A stretch of 63,911 bases of DNA, counting the filler, from Collodictyon triciliatum (lineage: Eukaryota): the NCBI GenBank assembly GCA_043381765.1. It is 13 parts of 13 records of this genome, joined end to end, with 100 filler letters (N's around TTAATTAATTAA, not from the genome) between each part and the next. Parts side by side here need not be neighbours in the genome. Positions count along the whole stretch, not along the records: positions 57,298 to 62,394 come from JBHJMP010005491.1; positions 62,495 to 63,911 come from JBHJMP010005600.1; 11 more parts are not named here. One strand, given 5' to 3'. The notes under the pieces are model-generated. The model saw only the letters and a program-made list of their open reading frames with translations, made no database searches and was not told where the DNA came from. Each line of letters opens with the position of its first letter. The stretch's first letter is position 1. This document shows positions 59,572 through 63,911 of the stretch, piece by piece. The position numbers and the translations under genes are program-made.

Positions 59572-61171
59572 ATTTAAATCAGCAATTCAAAGTATGGAGG
59601 AACGATGAGAGGAGGGAGGGAGAACACGTAAATGGTACCTTACATAAAGGTATCTCATAAAACATACTCCAATAAGGGAATGGAAAAAATAAAAATTAAA
59701 AGATGATATTCCCCTTGAATGAAGAAAAAATCGGTCCATTCCCCTTCCAAGCAAACATAGAGAAAAATATGGGGCAAACTTTGGCATAATGTTTTAAAAN
59801 NNNNNNNNNNNNNNNNNNNNNNNNNNNNNNNNNNNNNNNNNNNNNNNNNNNNNNNNNNNNNNNNNNNNNNNNNNNNNNNNNNNNNNNNNNNNNNNNNNNN
59901 NNNNNNNNNNNNNNNNNNNNNNNNNNNNNNNNNNNNNNNNNNNNNNNNNNNNNNNNNNNNNNNNNNNNNNNNNNNNNNNNNNNNNNNNNNNNNNNNNNNN
60001 NNNNNNNNNNNNNNNNNNNNNNNNNNNNNNNNNNNNNNNNNNNNNNNNNNNNNNNNNNNNNNNNNNNNNNNNNNNNNNNNNNNNNNNNNNNNNNNNNNNN
60101 NNNNNNNNNNNNNNNNNNNNNNNNNNNNNNNNNNNNNNNNNNNNNNNNNNNNNNNNNNNNNNNNNNNNNNNNNNNNNNNNNNNNNNNNNNNNNNNNNNNN
60201 NNNNNNNNNNNNNNNNNNNNNNNNNNNNNNNNNNNNNNNNNNNNNNNNNNNNNNNNNNNNNNNNNNNNNNNNNNNNNNNNNNNNNNNNNNNNNNNNNNNN
60301 NNNNNNNNNNNNNNNNNNNNNNNNNNNNNNNNNNNNNNNNNNTTGATTGTTGAGACGGCCTCAACATCTAAGATTTTCATAATATAAAAAGAGTTACAGA
60401 TGGATTCATCCCGCCCCTGCTACATACTTTCCATGACAGCAAATATGAAAGCCATTCTACCACAACCATAAAATAATAAGGAGATTCGGCTTGGGGTGGC
60501 AGCAGAAAACTCACAGTATCTATTGTAATATTATTATTGCATAATGTAAGACACATAATCTTTCAATGGCGAGTGAAATAACAAAAAATAGTTTTTATCA
60601 TATTTTCCACATTATATAATTCTTGACTTCTTGATACTTAATAAGATTGGATTCAGATTGCAAGCTTCAATCCACGCCAAAAATGGACAACAATATCAAC
60701 GGTGCTATAAAGCGGAGGAAGCAGCTCTCATTTAAACAGCAACAACATGTCCGCTCCATTTCCGTGGTACACCAACCACCAGAATCCCAGGTAGCATAAG
60801 TTTGGAGAAGAATGAAAGGACACGGACGGTTTGAAGTGCTCAGGGTTGGGTAGCATAGACATCCGTCATTATCCTTCATACACGGAAATGATATTATCTG
60901 CGAGTTTAAAGCAAAGACATTATGCTTCGTGAAGGATAGAATATCCACAAAAACTTAACCTTTCAAGCAATACTTCACTCACCTGGGGCTGGTGACTGGA
61001 TCGTAATCACCTAGGGACAAAACCACGGACGCTACAAGCTTTTATTTAAAGCCAAATTCATGTCAAAGTCAGGCGAATTATAGTTGTGGTAGGCGTACAC
61101 AGCTAAAAAAAAAAAAAAAAAAAAAANNNNNNNNNNAAAAAAGAAAAAAAAAATAAGTGTGGGGAGGCGAC

Positions 61172-61203
<32 letters not shown>

Positions 61204-62077
61204 CTTCCTCCCAAAGACAATCACCGGCACACAACAGAAATGTTAGTGGTGAGAGTCATACACGTAACTGTCATTTTTTTTTATTCTTTCAATTTTGTGC
61301 AGGATGATGGAAATGCTGATTTTGGTTCGCTAGCCATCGTTTGCATGGGCGCTACTTGGTGGCTGGGTGGCGAAGGAGTAGTCGGTAATCAGGAATCAGG
61401 AATTGTATCCTGCAGTTTGGTTTGTAGCCTGGGTCTTATGCTTACATGAACACACGTAACTGCCTTCCTCATTGCCCTCGTACCTCCGAAGAGATAAAAA
61501 AAAAACGAACCAAGAAGGAGACACCCATACTTTCAGAGAAATAGAAAATTGGCTACGAAGCCAATAATGCCATGATTTCCCTCCTCAATGAAGTATTTCA
61601 AAATACACATGGTAACAAAAAATAAATCAGGCTTAGAGAAAAGACAAGCTGGCTGTAGAAACAGATATTGAACGTAATCATATACCCCGGAGAATCCTGT
61701 GTCTATTTCTTCCCAGAGAAAAAAAAGAAAATAGGAGGTTGACACACTGCATATAAACAGGATTCCCTATACTCACTCAGTGTTTTTTAGAAGGTTTCTT
61801 AGATATAATACATTTTTATATGAAACAATTGATAGATAAACACAGAACAGCAGGAAGGTTCCTGTTCAATACAAATTAGTTACGAGGCAGACATCACCAG
61901 TACGACAGAAGATTTGCAAATGGATGACGATACGTAAAGTAGAATTACATTACGAGTTCCTGGTACAAACCAAAAGAACGAAGTTTAAAACATGGTGAAT
62001 AATGCTTAACACAAAGAACTCAACTCAAATCAAAAAATGACACTAATAACATATATTTTCATTTTTAATTGTAAGAT

Positions 62078-62213
62078 TCACTGATTCTTTTTCCGGTGCT
62101 ACCCTCTCCACGGTAGCCTTCTCCTACTCGCGTTTGCTCTCTCCCGTGTGCTCCCATCCCACCCCTTTGTATGGCATAACCTCGCTACACTTTGAATCGA
62201 ATAAAGGAAAAAA
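62078..62213 (+). mobile_element. About 135-bp 3' fragment of the same LINE family
   Basis: Homologous to the reverse complement of 28987-29120 (gtgctaccctctccacggtag..ttctcctactcgcgtttgctct..ggcataacctcg..tttgaatcgaa). Confidence 0.85.
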
Positions 62214-62494
62214 TTTCTTTTTTCATTTTCAGATTTTTTTTTTTTACTTATGCGCTCAACACCACATAAATTGAGATTGTTCGTTTTAATGATAAGTAGC
62301 ATAAGGCGATTTCAGGTATACACGCTCGGTTTGCAAGTGGAGCTCATCTTTAAGGTTATAAATCAATCCTACTTGATTTGGTCCTGCAATATAANNNNNN
62401 NNNNNNNNNNNNNNNNNNNNNNNNNNNNNNNNNNNNNNTTAATTAATTAANNNNNNNNNNNNNNNNNNNNNNNNNNNNNNNNNNNNNNNNNNNN

Positions 62495-62574
<80 letters not shown>

Positions 62575-62629
62575 TAAAGGCAATATAGCTACTGAAAGAT
62601 CCTCTGCTTGTTCGTAATATGATTTTACC

Positions 62630-63783
62630 TAGTTGTGAGTTTGGTATATTCTTTTCTGCTCGATTCATGAATGGCGAAACAGGAATATTGTTCGCTTTTT
62701 CGAGGTCTCCCTGGGGTGTTTTTTATTAGCACCAAAGGAATGAAAAAATGATGATTTATCAATATGTACAAACTTTTTTTTCATTTTAAGAAAAAATAAT
62801 TTGTTACCTGATTAAAGAATTCCTCTGCAATACGGATGGTCCATACTTTGTGCAAATCAAGTTTCTTCGTTGTATGTCCGATATCCGCGCATTTTAGAGC
62901 CATTCGTAAAAACATCAATTTGCTCTTCCTTTTCGAAAAGTCAAACTCCGCTATTGAGAGGGGGAGAAAAAAAAAAAGGAGTTCTTCGGGTTTCAGAATT
63001 TCAGTATGTAATCATGTTTATGAATGCGTCTATAATAAACATGACTGGCGTACGATAAGGCATGAAAGAGATTTGCTTTCAAAATGATGAAATGACCACA
63101 CACCACTTTGGCTCAATGTTTTAAACTGATTTAGGATTGTGAAATGTTCAGACATGTCGGTGGCCAGAACCATCTCAATCATAGTCTCGCGCACTATCCT
63201 TCGGCTGCATTAGAAAGAAAGAAAAAAAGAAAGATTGAATTCTTTTCTCCCTGTCAATGGGTCTATAAAGCATCAAGAAAGAAAAGAAATAAGCATATTG
63301 CACTCCCAGCATGTATCGGAATAGGTGAAAGCAAATACGTTTGCTTTTATAGAGACGGGGATGAAATCTTACTCAGTGCACTCCATATTGCAAAATATGT
63401 TGCAATCTTTAGAGGGGTCGGTTATCAATTGAAACAACTGCGAAATATGATAGTTTTCCAATACCTGCAAATGAGTTGATAATATTACTATTAGTAAAAA
63501 TCATAGCAAAGGAGCAAAAAGTCAGATATTATTCTAACTTAAATCAAGTACTCTTTTTTTCCCCATATATTGCGATGATTAGACAAAGTGGAAGCATATA
63601 TTGTCTTTATTTCTTTCTTTAAAAAAAACTGATAAATTAGAGAGGGAAATATTACAGAATGGTCATTATAGATGATTGATTCGGGCTTTTCCGCGTTCAT
63701 ATAGAATATGTTGTTGACCCCTGGATGTCGAAAATCATGTGATGCTGCTGCAAGGAAGCAGGCCAGTTTGTCCAAATCATTGA
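62630..63783 (-). CDS. Class I cyclic nucleotide phosphodiesterase, catalytic domain fragment
   Basis: AAASHDFRHPGVNN, YNDHSVLENYH, MVLATDMSEHF, LKCADIGH, EEFFNQGDLEK..PVSPFMNR. Confidence 0.95.
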
Positions 63784-63911
63784 TTGATCTATTTTTGTTT
63801 TAGTTTGTTTTGGTTTTTTTGTTTTTTTGTTTTTTTGTTTTTTTGTTTTTTTGTTTTTTTGTTTTTTTGTTTTTTTGTTTTTTTGTTTTTTTGTTTTTTT
63901 GTTTTTTTGTT

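Noticed and set aside
60345-61450. Possible exons in the region after the N gap
   Set aside because: No consistent frame or recognisable motif could be assembled, so no feature is called.

Overview
This is AT-rich, intron-rich eukaryotic genomic DNA, probably from a flagellated protist (it has an RSPH14-like gene). It is not one continuous locus: 13 contigs, most about 5.1 kb, are joined by artificial N-TTAATTAATTAA-N spacers, so gene adjacency across spacers means nothing. Host genes, many truncated at contig ends, are a CAMK/MARK-like kinase, a CyaB-like PAS-adenylyl cyclase, RSPH14, DUF1764, LpxD, COMMD7, RPT6, a long-chain acyl-CoA synthetase, a VPS9 GEF, an Ulp1 protease, SCAMP, a GATA factor, a metallophosphoesterase, CHMP2, an LRR multi-TM receptor, a nucleotide-sugar transporter and a class I PDE. 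The most notable system is two diverged copies of a roughly 4 kb mobile element (26901-31031 and 52612-about 56390, both minus strand). Each carries a decayed Fanzor1 (eukaryotic TnpB-like RNA-guided nuclease) gene with the RuvC D-E-D residues retained. Each is followed by a conserved structured omegaRNA-like 3' end that stops in a Helitron-like hairpin-CTAG|T terminus, and that terminus can form a pseudoknot with an invariant loop. Also found: a LINE family whose 3' stem-loop leaves ultra-short insertions flanked by target-site duplications, an AT-AC (U12) intron inside the GATA zinc finger, two GC-AG introns, predicted microexons, and a one-exon-per-repeat LRR array. All calls were made by eye; no database searches were run.
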